From Chrysomallon squamiferum (Eukaryota > Animalia > Mollusca), in NCBI GenBank assembly GCA_012295275.1, contig CM022679.1, positions 5,704,001 through 5,768,000 of the forward strand: a stretch of DNA of 64,000 nt, written 5' to 3'. Position 1 is the stretch's first letter; each line of letters starts with the position of its first letter. Under the pieces are notes generated by a model that was not told where the DNA came from, searched no databases, and saw only the letters and a program-made list of their open reading frames with translations. Positions 13,701-28,101 of this stretch are shown here, piece by piece. Both the position numbers and the translations under genes were made by a program.

Positions 13701-14322
13701 TTGTTCTGAGGCAGTTATGTGATATGACACTTTCATCAATGATAACTATATTTTTATATTTGAATAAGATACAAACACCTTTGTAAAAATGTCATACAGT
13801 ACAAATATGTTCATTAAATTTTAATGTAGCATTAGTACATTAAGGTGAGTGCTATATTCCTTTCTTATGTCCAATGTTTGCTAATAATGAAGTATGGTAA
13901 CAGAATATTCACAGATAATGATATATAACGAATATTAGAAGACATAATATCATCAGAAATATATTTTAACTTTCAATATTTTTTAACAAGACTGTTATTA
14001 ATTGTCAGATGTTGTTTTTGGGGTGTGTTTTTTTTTGATTTTTGAATTTTGTTGTTGAGTTTTAGATTTGATTTAGCTGCAAATCTCAGTGTGTTTATTG
14101 AAATATTTATCACTATGAATTATTTACCATTGTGTTAATATATTTACTGAATAATTTCATTTAATTATTTCCATCTGTCCCTCATTCAAACCCTGCTGTC
14201 ACAAATTGTTCCTGATACATCTATACTCCTTTTCTTTCTTTCTTTTTTTCCTTCTGCTTTTTTTATAATTTCAGTATTGATAATGTTGACTATTTACCTC
14301 ATTTTTCTATTGTTCTCTCTCT

Positions 14323-14398
<76 letters not shown>

Positions 14399-17300
14399 TT
14401 GTAAATAACATTATCAATTTATTTTGTATTGTTTTTTCCTCCACTGATACAGTGCAGTATTATAAATAGTATTTTTATATTTTGATTCCTTTTGGCTATG
14501 ACTCTATGAGATTATTTTTTAATATCACCTGTATAATTATATATTTCAGGTAGTGATGCAGATGGATGCTTTGGCTAAACTGGAAGACACAGATAACAGC
14601 ACATACAACATACAGATACTTAGTAAGTTGAAATTTCATGTTTAGGACAATTTGATATACTATTATATTTCTGAATGCATAACCATACAAAATACCTAGT
14701 TTTGTTTGATAAAAACATTTAATAAGTTAGATTAATTCAAAATAGCTTTTGACTAAAAATGTACACCATAAATGTAACAATATTTCATTGTTCTTCAGCT
14801 TATTGTTATAACAATATTTCAAGTTTTATAAACTTAGGAGTACATTTAATAATAGAAAGTATCTAAATCTGCTGCACAGTTTGAAATGTAAATTGTTTAT
14901 ATTTGTAAAATTTATGTTTAGTTAATGTAAAAGTAAAATAAAATTTCATTGTTCTTTGATTTTTTTTTTTTTTTCTGCAGAGGAAGCAATGGGAGTTAAC
15001 CAACATCATGATGGAATTAGGTAAGTATTCAGTGTAATTATTTTATTCATGTTATTTATGAATATAACTATTCAAAGAATAACCAGACAGATGTCACCCA
15101 ATGCAATTTTGAGTTACAGCCTATTAATGCAGTCCAATGCATCAATAGATTGGGATTTCCCCCCCCATAAATAGTTTTAAAAACATTTTGACTTTCATGT
15201 CTATGCATGTTTTTTGCTGAAATCAGTCAACAAAATATGATTTTGTGTTTTTGTGTGATCTGTCAAAATCTTAATCAATGAAATTAAGCTAAAACTATGC
15301 ACTTATTTTGCCAAGATTCATCTAAAATCTCTGACATGCATCACATGTAGAACGTGGTTAATCTTATTCCATCAAAACCTGAGTTTTGATCATTTTCACA
15401 GGTTATCCTATGCCACTAAACAATTATTTTACTTCTTTCATCAGTGTAATTACTCAAAGAAATTATTTTATTTCATGAATGTCATTAAAACAAATCATTT
15501 TATTTGATACACAAATATCAATATCGAAAGATATTCTTTTCTTTCATTTTTGTCGTACATAAATGGTGGCATTTAAATTTTGTTCCCGTGCTTTGGCAGT
15601 GTGTGTTTGAAGTGTCTTTAAACAAATGCTTATTAATTTTAGTGGTATTTCATAATAAAATACATAACTTGTTTTTCTATGTTTTTTTTTTCTTGTTGTT
15701 GTATTCTAGTGGGACATCTAAACAAGTTGTGGCCTATGATTATGCAGAGCGTCTTGCAAAAGGAGTAATGGAGGGACAGGTATATTTAATACAGATTAAT
15801 AATAAATTATTAGAATATCTGGCATTCTTTTGTGTTTTTCAAACTATAATTATGAATATATATTTGGTGTTTGTGAGTTACACATGTAGATGTGTATATA
15901 TATATAAATGTATATGGATGTGTGCATTCGGCATGATGATCTTTGTTTTTGAAAGTCTCTCAGCAAAAATGTATACATAAAATATAATTAATTCCAAAAC
16001 ATTTATTCAGTTTATATCTAATATAAACTGCAGCCTGTTAAACTGGTATCAGTGCATTGACAGTTCAGACATTTGTAAAACTAACTACTCTACTCTTTCC
16101 TAACAATTATCTAAAAAGAATTAAGATAATCTTTTAAATATTTGCTATATTATTAACAAAACTTGTTTCAAGAGGTTTTTTTTCTTTTCATTATTCATGT
16201 TTTAGAAAGTTGTCAATGATGCTTATAAAAAGATTCTTCCTGTCAGCAGTACAGCTGTACCAGGACAAGCTTTCTGTACTTTGCTGAACATCAGTTACTG
16301 TGAGGTCACCGAGAAAAATTCTATGGTAATTGATATTGTTAATAGCCATGTTGCAATTACAAGTAAATTTTATTATTATTGAGAATTTTGTGTTAATATG
16401 TTGTATGTAATGTTTCAGTTTTGAAGAATTTGATGAAAATAAATTTATGTACTTCTTATTAGTAATATATATATATATTTTTTTTTTATTATTACAACTA
16501 CTACTACCACTGTTACCTCTACAACTGTTATTATTATTTTTTTTTTTTTTTAATTATATTTTTTATTATGTACTGTTCTTCATATCATTTAATAAATTAT
16601 TATTGTTAGTCCTATGCTGCTATCATTAACATCATTAGTTGTAGTAGTATTAGTAGAAGTAATAGTCACAGCAGCAGTTGTAATGGCTGAAGTAATAGTA
16701 GTAGCAGTAGTAAGTAGTTGTGGTACCAGTAAATGTGAGTAGTAGTGGTAGTAATAATAATAATAGTAGTAGTAGCAGTAGTTAATAGTAATATTTTATT
16801 TTTATTGTTTTTATTTGTTTATTAATTTATTGTTACTATTAATGCATTATTATTTGAACAGTTTCAAGTGCTGGTGTACAACCCATTAGCTAGGAGTGTG
16901 AGTTATCCAGTATGGCTGCCGGTCACAGGTCAGAAGTTCACTGTTACAGGGCCTGATGGAAAGACTGTTCCTTCTGAGGTTTTATTTTTATTACAAAATT
17001 ACTGATTAAACATCTTTGTCATTATTATTATTATATTTGTTATATTTATCATTAGTATTATATTAGTATTATATTGCTATTATTATTATTGTTGTTGTTG
17101 TTTTTACTGTTATTATTACTATTACTATTATTATTATTTATGTTGTTGTTATTCTTGTACTTATTATTCTATGATGCATCATCTTCATAAAGGTTTTTCA
17201 AATAAGTCCTGACACAATGCGAATACCTGAAAGGAAAGGTTCTGCAGCCAAATATGAAGTTTTCTTTGAAGCACAACTCCCACCTTTGGGCTTCAACACC

Positions 17301-18963
17301 TACTTCATAAAACTAGGTAAACAACAATCACCTTTATTTTATTTAACACATTTTATGGTACCACTATATTTTATACAAACAGGACTCCATAGGCAAAAAA
17401 ATGACAAAATTGTTTAGTTTTTGACATCACCATTTAGAAAAGTCCATAACAATTTACCTTTTCAGATAAATGTTTCAAGTTATGTGCAAAAGGACATGCA
17501 TACACACAGTTTATGTAATAATGATGCATAAAATCAGCCATAAAAAGTGCAAATATTGTTTATAAAACTTTTATTTTTTATTATATTATCATCTATCTTT
17601 TTTTGTACTATCCTAACATTTTGTTCTATTTGGAAACATGCTGTAAGAAAACTGTGCTAGAGTTCCCAAATTTGGAATGTATATATTTAAAAACAAATAC
17701 TACAAAATTACAGAAAGAGACTCTCAGAAAAATTAACTATTCTTTTCATATAACCTTTATACAACTTACTGTTGTTTCAAAATACAAATGAAAAATGTTA
17801 TTATTATTATTATTATTATTATTTCTTTTTTTTAAGTATGTAAACAAAGACTAATTTCTTTCTGTTATTTTGTAGAAATACATGTCTATGATGAATCCCA
17901 GCAGTTTGAATAATATGTATATATATTGGTTTGGGCAGGAGAGATTCATGAAATTGGATACCTTAAATTATAATATAAAAAAAAAAGCCTATAATAAAAG
18001 TAACCATTTGTCATATAAAAACAAATAGTATTAATTTTGTATGGTAACAAAAGGGGATTATTTGCATCAAGTTTCAATTCGGTAACATAAAAAATAAATT
18101 TATTTATTTGTTTCATTTTTTATTTTATTTTTTCTCAATATTAGTTTTGCTGTAGCCCATTTATTTTTACTAACTTCATAAAAAAAAAAATATTATTTGG
18201 TTATTTTAATTAATTAATTCACATCAATTTAAATTTTCAACTTTCATTTTCTTGTAACCATAAATATTTTCTGGCCTTACCTTATGCTTTATAATATGTA
18301 GATTATAATTTTATTTTTTTATTGCTGTGTATTTTTATTTTATTTTATTGTTGTTTTTTTTTTGTTGTTTTTGAAGCTGCACAAGAAACTGATCACAAGT
18401 TAGAACGTCAGCTTATAAATGATGGACCAGATGTGCAGATTGGAAATTCAGTAATTCTTCATTTTTTATACACATTCACAGACACACAGTCACATGCATA
18501 CATTCAAACACACTAATGAATTCAGATTCACAAGTAGTCCATCCTACTGAAGTAATAATGATGCATATGCACTTCAAAATACATGTTCACACACACACAG
18601 ACACTATTAGTACTTTTTTATCTGTTGTAAGAATAGGATAAAATAAAAGGCTGAGTGTGATTGGTTATAGGATCAGTATTTGGTGTAGAAACTGTGTTTT
18701 CAGTTTTTGTCAGCTTAAAAAGTTTGTGGTATGTATTTCCCTGTTAAGGGGTAGTGCATCGCAAAGAACAAAGTAATTTATATGTATGTTTTTATGTATG
18801 TTTCTAAGCATATGACTGTATGTTTTTATGATAGCGTAATTATGTGACAGTTAATAAAATGAACATTAAAATACATTAAGACAGAACACAAAAGAAATAT
18901 TTTCAGTTTTGTTATTTCCTTTTGTTTAGTTTTAATTTTGTTCTCTTTTATTTATATTTTTTT

Positions 18964-19000
<37 letters not shown>

Positions 19001-21459
19001 AATATCCTGGTAGACCAGGAACTGTCAGCCCTTAAATAACTGACTTGTCTTACAGTTTATATCTCTCACTTTTGATGGAAGCTCAGGCAAATTGAAACAG
19101 ATGAAAAATCTCAAGAAAAACATCAACATCGACATTGACCAACAATTCCTCTACTACATCAGCCATGCTGGCAACAACAGCAAGGACATTTTCCAGGCAT
19201 CAGGTGCTTACATCTTTCGTCCCAACGGAACCAAAGCACACAATCCTACAGTGAAAACTGTTAAAAGTTACATTGTTAAGGTAAAAAAAAATCCCTCATG
19301 AACTGCAGTTAAAAAAATAATGTAAGATCACATATTTGACATTTCATGACTGGTTTGTCAAACACCTGATAGTCATTAAAATTTGCTGAAGTCCTAAACA
19401 TTCTTTATTTATTTTGCATTTGGATCATCAAAAGAATAATGTTCCAGATACTCTTATGCTTTGTTTTAATTTGTAATTTGTACTCTGTGTTTGTTAGCAG
19501 AGTTTCATTTTGGTATTGTTTTGAGAGTTGTATTTTGTGTTTGTTTGTATGTTTGTAGGAGTTAAGTATTTTGTGTGTATAATAGTTATATCTTGTGTTT
19601 ATGTGAAGAGTTGTATTTTGAGGTTATATCAAGAGTTAAATTCTGTGTTTGTAAAAAAATTGTATTATGTGTTTGTTTGAAGTGTTTTATTTTCTGTTTG
19701 TAAGGAGAGTTACACTTCACATTAGTGAGGAGAGATATATTTTGTGTTTGTTTGAGTTATATTTAATGTTTCTGTAAAGAGTTTTATTTTGTGTTTGTAG
19801 CAGAATTAAATTTTGTTGTAGGGAGAGCTGGTACAAGAAGTGTATCAGGTGTTCAGTGACTGGTTGACTCAGGTTGTCAAGGTGTATCACAATCAGCAGT
19901 TTGCAGAGTTTCAGTGGACTGTCGGACCAATACCAATCAAGTTAGTTTTAACCCATTGTATCTGTGTACATGATATAATCAAATTTCGTAAATCAGTAAA
20001 TTCCATTGAAAATGAAAAAAAAAAGTGATTCATTCCTTCAAATATGTGTACAGTATTAAAATAATTCTGTAATGATATTTAAACAGTAAAAACTGTTATC
20101 ACTGTTAGTGTTTCTGACATAACAGAACTTCAGAAATTAACTAAAATCATTAGTAATGTACAGAAATAAATCACAATTGTGGTTATATCACAGAATTATT
20201 GTAACTGTGTCTCTTACTTTTGCACTGATTTTATTTTACTCTTACTGTCCTGACAAATATTTTTTGGCCAGGTTTAGATGCCAGGCTTATTTTGGATCAT
20301 AAGTATACATTGATTATCACTAATTAAAGCTGTTTTAATTCTGATCCAGTAAACATAGGATAATATAATATGTTTGCACTTTTTGTAGCTAGTTTAAGAC
20401 AATGTTTTTGGGGTTTTTTTCCAGTGACAAGTTGGGAAAAGAAGTAATCAATTTATTTGGAACAAATCTGAAAAGTGATTCTTTGTTTTATACTGACTCT
20501 AATGGCAGAGAAATCCTTCAGAGAAAGTAAGTACAGCCACTGGCTACATGTATGTATGATGCCATAAACCATATATAAGTACTAAACCTTGTATCTGGGT
20601 TTTTCAATATAAGCTAAAAATATGTTGAAACTATAAAATAAACAACAAAAAGTAAAGAAAGAAACTGTAATTAACAGATACAAATTAATACACTTGTTTC
20701 TTAATCTGCTTATAATTCTTAAAATATATGTATAGAATAACACATATAGTATATAGAATGAAAATTAAAATAAAGAATATAATAGTTACTTAATACACTT
20801 GTACAGAAAATGAAATATATATATGTTGCTTGATATTGCACAATATTTACCAGATAGAGATAAAAATTAATACACTTCTAAAGTGGTTGATCTTTATTAG
20901 TACACTTAGAAACACTTTTGTTCTTTTTCTTCTTTTTTTTTAACTCACTATTTACAAATCAGCAACTTCCAAAAAATGGAATCAGGAAATTAAATAAACC
21001 AGTTTTCTGAATTTTTTTTAAATTTTTGACAATTTTAAGTCAGATAAATTGTTCAATACCAGTATTAAAAGTGTTTTGAGTGTGTCTTTAAATAAGTCTA
21101 TTTCTTTTTGTTTTCCATCACTTTAAATCTTAAGAGAATTTGCATTGAAATTTCAATAATTTTACACAATGTCACCATACTATGGAAGGAAATTAAATTC
21201 TCATTATCAAAAATGGTTTAAAAATTCCAAGAATACTACCAGTGCAACTGAATTTGATGTGAGGATCAAATAGTTACAACTGATAGAATTGCCTGGCCAA
21301 CATGTTTTTGTAATATTTTATTTATCTGTTTCATGTGTTGTTTTGCAGACTGAATTACAGGAAAACGTGGAAACTTAAGCAGACAGAACCCATTGCTGGA
21401 AACTATTTTCCTATCAACAGTAGAATATACATTCAGGTAGTTCAGTAATACACAGCTCT

Positions 21460-21497
<38 letters not shown>

Positions 21498-24400
21498 ATA
21501 TGTAGCATTTATAATAATACTAACATATCTGTAAAGTATAACTTGGTGAATAATATGTTTTAAAAAACAACAACAGAAATGAAGTATTTTTTACATATTT
21601 ATTACACTATCATGAAAAAGTATGCTAGTTACAGATTAGAATAAAATTTTAATTTTTTTTTTTGAATAAAGAGACATATGAATTAAGGTTGTTGTTTTTA
21701 AAACATATTTTATATACTTGTTATTTGTATTTCTTTACTTATTTCTGTTATATTTTTTTTTTTTTTTTTTTTTGTTTTGTTTTGTTTTGTTTATTTAGGG
21801 GGTAATTTTTTTTTTTTTTTTTTTTTTTTATGTTGTGGAATTAAAGAAATTTCGTAAAAGTTCATCCTATTTCATTATAGGACAAATCAAAGAATGTGCA
21901 GTTTACAGTGTTGACAGACAGGTCACAGGGTGGTTCCAGTCTCAAAGATGGACATCTTGAAATCATGGTTAGTAGTTTCTTTTTATTTAACAGACATATT
22001 ATCACACTTCATTACAATTTTATAATACTGTTATGATACTAAAGTTATATAATAATAATAATAATAATAATATACTTTTAAATATTATTGTTTTATTTGT
22101 TTGTTGTTTTTGAATGTAAACAAACCTTTTTATCCTTTTAGTTCCAAAGAATTTATATTTCTACATTCCTCCTTAACACCTTTAATTTTTTAAGAATTTA
22201 ATTACATATTTAATAATTCATTCATTGACCTGTTTATTTTCTTTTTTTCTTTCTTTCTTTCTTTATTTATTTAATTTCAGGTGTGCCTGTTACAGAAATA
22301 ACCTTAAATATTTGCCAGGGCATTCTAAGACAGAACTTATCAATTAATGACAAAACATCTTTTATAAACACATACTCACAAACAAGACATAAATGATTTG
22401 TTTTTATTTCTTAGATTTGTTTATTTTATTTATTTACATCTGACAGGTACATCGGCGACTGCTACATGATGATTCTCTTGGCGTTGATGAGGTTCTTAAT
22501 GAAACAGGTTCTGATGGGAAAGGTTTGATAGTGAGAGGTATGTTTTAGTTCCTGTTTAACATGAAGACAGTCTTAGGATTTTTTTTTTTGGTTGTGTTAT
22601 TTATATAGTTGTGTTATTTAACTTATATAGTATTGAAATTGTTATTTTTGTTATCACTCTTACTTTTATCTTACATTATTATGATTATCATTATAATCAT
22701 CATCATCATCATCATTATTATCATCATTATTATTATTATTAAATAATTTGTAATTTTTAAGAAAACAAACAAAAATTAAGTAACTGCATATTATCACCTC
22801 CACATTTTTCTTTTACTGAGATAAGAAAATGTCTGATAGAGTACTATTTACATATAGACCCTAAGCCTGACATTTCCTGGGTCCTGGGATCAGTCCACCT
22901 TATGTCATTTTCCCCTTTACAAGTTATCAAAACCCATGATAATGTTATGTGATTTCCTTACTGTGAGAAATTTGATGTAAAAGATTCCTTCCTGCTGATC
23001 AGAAAGAATAACCCATGATGTTTTAAGAGGGTTTCTTTTTTTCATATCTTTGTTACACAAATCATCTAATATCAATTTTAATACTAAACTATACTTTCAC
23101 TCACTCATTTATTTGTTACACTTTTACTTAGGGTGTCATTACGTTTTTCTCGATTCAATCGATTCTTCTGCTTCTCTGCATCGTGACCTGGCTGAAAGAC
23201 TTTTCATGGCACCATCCATCTCCATGACAACAGAAAAATCATCACACAGCGACTGGAGTAAGAAGTTCAAAACAAGTGTGAGATTTCATCTTATTTTTAT
23301 TTTCATTTTCATTTTTATTTTTATTTTTATTTTTTTTTTTTTTTTTTTAAAATCATTACTTAGAAATATTGGGCTGCATTTGTGTATGAGGCATAAAGGA
23401 TCATAGATCAAACCTGCCTGTTTGATATTTTCCTTACCCAGCAAATATCTCATATATAATTAATCAGAGACCATTGTTGTGGTGCCTATTAAAGACCTTT
23501 TACTGCTAATCAAGAGAATAACCCATCACATACTATTAGGTTTCCCTCTCTCATATTTCCATAATTATATAAATGAATTTAATTCAGGACATAATAGTCA
23601 TAAAAAGCAACAAAAAAAAAGCCTCTTTTTTACAGTTTGTTCCAGGTTTATCTAAATATTAGTTTAGATTTATTGTTCTAATAGATTTTTCATTATTATT
23701 ATTATTATTATTTATTTATTTGTTTATTTTTATTTATTTATTTATTTTACTGAATTTTTTATTTTTTTTTATTTTTCTAGTGGTCAGGATTAAAAAGAGC
23801 TTTGCCTGACAATGTTCACCTTCTGACACTAGAACAGTTTGCAGGGTCAGGCCCTGTCGCCTCCAAGACACAACCCTACCTCCTTCGACTGGAACATTTC
23901 TATGAGAAGAATGAAGATGCTAAACTTTCACAACCTGTCACAGTATCATTGAAGGCAAATATATCTCCTGTTTTTTAATCTCATTTTTCATTTATTTCTT
24001 TTTTCTGTGTGTTTGTTTTGTTTCAAAATTTATACTTCATTAAAATAAATTTTAGTAAAACCCATCTACTGTTTTATTCTTTTTGATTTTTCTCTGTCCT
24101 ATCTTCATTTATGTATTTTTGTTTGTGGAAAACCAGTCTCATTATTATTAGTGGTGGTGGTTGTAGTAATAGCAGTAGTGTCAGGAAGGAGAACAGTATC
24201 GAAAAACATTTTGTGTTAATTAGTATTTTTTATTTTTCATTCAGGATTTGTTTGTGCCATTTGACATAGAGAAGGTTACAGAGCTGACTCTTGGAGCCAA
24301 CATGGCACTGTCAAAATTAGACAGACTCAAGTGGAAAACAACAGACAGGCCAGCAGAGAAAGGTTAGAAATAAAAACTAAATACAAAAATTAAACAGCTA

Positions 24401-24833
24401 GCCTGATATTTTCCATTCATGATAGTGCCCATTATTAAAACTAATAGTATGAGCTGTCCTGTTCATGAGTAGGTTTTCATAAAAGATGTTTTGTCACTAA
24501 TTGATAAGTTCTGTCTTATAACTCAGATACAAAGTCTAAGGTTATTCTTCTAACAGAAACACCTGAAAATCAATCAATAAATAAAATAAACAGGCCAATG
24601 AATTAAATATGTAATTAATTTTTTTTTTTTTTTTTTTTTTAATTAAAAAGTTAAGAGGTAGAAATTCTTTTGCAACTAAAATGGTGAACAGATTTGTTTA
24701 CATTAAAAAATAATTATCTGCATTTCTTTTTGCAGATACCACTTTGAGATTTGAACCAAGTTCAAACCCAGATCCTTTCACCATTACACTGAATCCAATG
24801 GAAATCAGAACATTTCAAGTGGAAATTAAGTAG
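6641..24833 (+). CDS. MAN2B1: Lysosomal alpha-mannosidase (GH38); complete gene with an apparent 1-nt frameshift in exon 8
   Basis: Exons: 6641-6751, 7903-8005, 8859-9008, 9238-9431, 10316-10424, 11143-11240, 11591-11662, 12341-12458, (12998-13201 or 13277-13480), 14550-14622, 14981-15020, 15710-15779, 16206-16325, 16862-16978, 17193-17316, 18377-18450, 19056-19280, 19822-19940, 20425-20526, 21349-21436, 21881-21967, 22447-22537, 23132-23277, 23781-23954, 24245-24362, 24736-24833. Has a signal peptide, the Zn-binding HTHDDVGW, nucleophile motif IDPFGHS, acid/base motif [37 protein letters not shown] and a C-terminal LNPMEIRTF. Confidence 0.96.
10855..11040 (+). mobile_element. Degenerate SINE-like interspersed repeat relic
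   Basis: Core 'gggaaggtgcat..aaaagatcc.tt..tgctaat...ga.taaccca...g.tttt.tc' recurs at ~10865, ~22970, ~23490, ~24470 and ~57257. It resembles, from memory, the conserved central domain of old molluscan SINEs. Confidence 0.5.
12998..13201 (+). CDS. MAN2B1: Alpha-mannosidase alternative exon 9A (divergent copy)
   Basis: tctag|...|gtacag, 204 nt, phase 0-0, open: [68 protein letters not shown]. Confidence 0.85.
13277..13480 (+). CDS. MAN2B1: Alpha-mannosidase alternative exon 9B (canonical-type copy)
   Basis: ctcag|...|gtacac, 204 nt, phase 0-0, open: [68 protein letters not shown]. Confidence 0.9.
22860..23560 (+). mobile_element. Two further SINE-like relics flanking mannosidase exon 23
   Basis: 'ggatca...' head and 'aaaga..c.tt.ctgct.atca..aagaataaccca' core at ~22885-23040 and ~23400-23555. 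Confidence 0.45.
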
Positions 24834-25787
24834 TCATTCAGACAGAGAAGAAATATTAAAAAGACTTTTTTATAAATATTTTTTTCCTTTTTTTATTTAT
24901 CTTTTTACCAAAAACTATTTTTTAAATAAATTTAGCATTAAGATTCCAGTTAACAAATAAATTTCTATTATCACAGTATGAATTTCATTTATTTGGGAAA
25001 TTGTATTAATTTGTTTGATAATTCTGTTAAAATAGGATTTTATAATTGTCAGGTTTAAATTTAGTTAAATCTGTACTATATCTAAAGAACAAAAATTTGT
25101 ACTAACATGACAAGTTATATCACTTTGTTTTTTATTTTTTCCTCTTGCCTTCATTTTTGTAACATTTATTTTTGGTGCACGTGGTTTATTTTTATTGAAT
25201 GGGTCAGATTTGTACATTTTTTGTCACTTCAGTACTGTTGTTTTTATCTATCAATTAATCATTTATTTTTATTAGAAGTTAATTAATGAAAATACTGATA
25301 CTGTGATTCACAAAATATTGATGAACCTAGTTGAGAGATTATTTATTCAATACACACATTACACTAATTTTAAGTATTTGAAATTTTGTGTATCTTTTTG
25401 TTTTTTCTAGAAAAGATTAACTTATCCTATTATCTGTTAAAAGAAACACTTCATTTAATTGAAACTGAAAAATCTCAACATTGCATTCCATTTTAATAAT
25501 GATCAGATGAAATGAACTATGGAAGGGAGATAACCATTTTCAAAAGATTTTTTTCTGTTGGTGATAGATACATGATCAGACATTTATTTTAAATACTGAC
25601 TTTATTTTTGTATATTTTGTATATCTCATTGTTTATAAATGCTGGTATTTAAGAATGCTAATGTTACAAGACACATAATTTTTTTTTTTTTTTTTTTTTG
25701 AAAAACAATTAAATATAACAATTCTTTGCTTGGCTATTTATATTTGTATTAACCTTTAGATATCTATTGTTTATTATTGTTACTTTG

Positions 25788-25846
<59 letters not shown>

Positions 25847-26850
25847 ACTCATACCACCACCACCACTACTACTACTATTATTACTATTAATTCTATTACT
25901 GCAGTTATTATTATTATTGTTGTTGTTATTATTATTATTATTATTATTATTGGAATCTGTATCAAAATTTAGACATAAACATGTGTAATGGAAGTGATAG
26001 TGACTTAGCATTTAATGTGTTTAATGTAAGGATTAGTGCTTGAAATTTAATAGAAAATGAAAACTGTATTCATAATGAATTATCTGAATATACTGCTGTT
26101 GATAAAAACTTTTTTTTTAAAGCACCGATTTTTTTGTTTGTATAATAATATATAAACATAAAACTCTAGAACAGCTGTTATTTTTATTAAGTTAATCAGA
26201 AGATATATATATATATAGAATTTTATTTATTATAATTATATTATTTATTTATTTTATTTTGTTTAAATACTGACTTTCATTTTATTCTTTCATATATTCT
26301 GAAACTAAATTTGTCCTTAACATAAAAAAAGAAAGGTAAAAAAGAATAATAATCCTAATTTTCTAAAAAAAAATAAATCACATGAAAATTAATAATGAAT
26401 TAAAAAGAAAATGAAAACAAAAGATGTATTATTTTGTAAAATACCAAATTTTCTTTCTCTCACGTCTAATGCACACACAAACATTCACACATATATACAT
26501 GTAAAATTGTGTGAATTTGTTAATAAAAAGACCTAAGAAACGAAAATCAACGACATAGAAACCAAAATAGAAGAGAGATAAATTGAAAGAGTTAGATTTA
26601 GATGTGAGAGCAAGACCCTGATAATAATTTTCTATTTTCTTTGTTTATTATTTTACTTTATTTAATTTTTTTTTTAAATTATAATCCAGATTAAAACAAT
26701 AATTTTTTATAACATGCACCCTATGAGTTCACCAAAGTCTCTGATTAAATATAGCGTAAAAACGTCTTTCAGTAACAATTATTTTTAAAAATTAAAAAGA
26801 AAACAAAACAAAACAATAATTATTTTTAAAAATCAATTGATACCCATTCC

Positions 26851-26886
<36 letters not shown>

Positions 26887-26922
26887 TAGATAAATAAAAA
26901 AAATAATAATAATAGCAAAGCA

Positions 26923-28101
26923 TTACAATTCAGAACCAGAGTTTGATTCTGAATCTGAGTTTTCTAAGTCTGTACCAAGACCTGTATCAGTAATGCTCCT
27001 TCGATGACGAAAAATACTGAGCTGTTCAAAACAGGAGCTCCTCCTACGTCTAGATGGAAGAAGAGGCGAGCTGCAAACGGAGGAGCATCTATTTTGTCCC
27101 TCCTTTAGATCCTTTGCACTGCATTCTGGTGTGTTCACGGGAAATGTGTCATTGAAATATTTGTAGTCGACGATAATTCGGCCATTCTCGTCCGTTGTGA
27201 CGCCAAGAGGCAGAAGTCGATGACCCCATTTTATTTCGTACGGATGATAGGATTTTCTAACTTGAAACGTCTTACTTAGAGTGGATGCGACGCCTTCCAG
27301 AACGACCGCCATTTCAAAGTTTTCTTTCTCAATATCTTCTTTTGATAAGTTGTAGAGAGGTGACTGGTCGTTGATGACGTGGATGATGTAGGTTGGCCAG
27401 GGTAGAAACAGTTGGTTACCTCCTCCCTCTGACTGGAAGTCCATGCTGAAATACTGTACAGGAATTCTCTCTCCAGTTCTGGAAGACGCTTTCCTAATGA
27501 TGAAACCTCTAGCGTGAGCACCAATGATGTCTGATTTACGAATATCGCCCACTCGTATAAGCAGTCTCAGGTTGTGATCTTCCTTTGTAATACAAGCGTA
27601 TTTACTTAGTATCACAGTTATCGACCTTTTCTTTGCTCTTCTTATCTTTGCCACAACGAGGCCAGCTAGAGCGAACTGGAGAGCAGCACCGAGCAGTGAT
27701 TCCACTAGAACTCCAATGTACGCGCCAGGACACGACTCCGTGACGTGACGAAAACCGTAGCCAATCGTCGTCATCGTTTCAATGGAAAACAGAAACGCAG
27801 AGGCGAGTGACTGGACATTTTGAACACATGGTATCCAGTCAGATTCTGGTTTTGTACTCAAATCTCCGTGGAGAAAACAGAGAAGAAAGAAGTATGTAGC
27901 AAATCCCAGCCAAGTAAGAACAAAGCCACTGAAGAAAATTAACAGATTCCAGCGCCATTCAATATCTAGTAAAGTAGTGAAAATGTCAGTCATATACTTG
28001 GAAAGCCGGTCTTCAATATTTGTGTTTTCTATGTTAATCAGTCCATGATCATTAAAGAGAGTATCCTGATATGCTGTGCGAAGAAAATTTAGTCTGCCCA
28101 T
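26923..28101 (-). CDS. Inward-rectifier potassium channel (Kir family), 392 aa, single coding exon
   Basis: Motifs DIFTTLLDIEWRW, HGDL, CVQNV..AFLFSIETMTTIGYGFR..TESCP, AKI..AKKR, VVLEG, SY.PYEIKWGHR. Splice acceptor at 28110/28111, with an in-frame TAA two codons before the ATG. Confidence 0.96.
   Translation of the reverse strand: MGRLNFLRTAYQDTLFNDHGLINIENTNIEDRLSKYMTDIFTTLLDIEWRWNLLIFFSGFVLTWLGFATYFFLLCFLHGDLSTKPESDWIPCVQNVQSLASAFLFSIETMTTIGYGFRHVTESCPGAYIGVLVESLLGAALQFALAGLVVAKIRRAKKRSITVILSKYACITKEDHNLRLLIRVGDIRKSDIIGAHARGFIIRKASSRTGERIPVQYFSMDFQSEGGGNQLFLPWPTYIIHVINDQSPLYNLSKEDIEKENFEMAVVLEGVASTLSKTFQVRKSYHPYEIKWGHRLLPLGVTTDENGRIIVDYKYFNDTFPVNTPECSAKDLKEGQNRCSSVCSSPLLPSRRRRSSCFEQLSIFRHRRSITDTGLGTDLENSDSESNSGSEL

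Noticed and set aside
25709-26011. Poly-Asn / poly-Leu ORFs (also 44063-44521, 46535-46807, 52322-52744, 59037-60215)
   Set aside because: They are translations of ATT, CT and GT microsatellites and low-complexity tracts.
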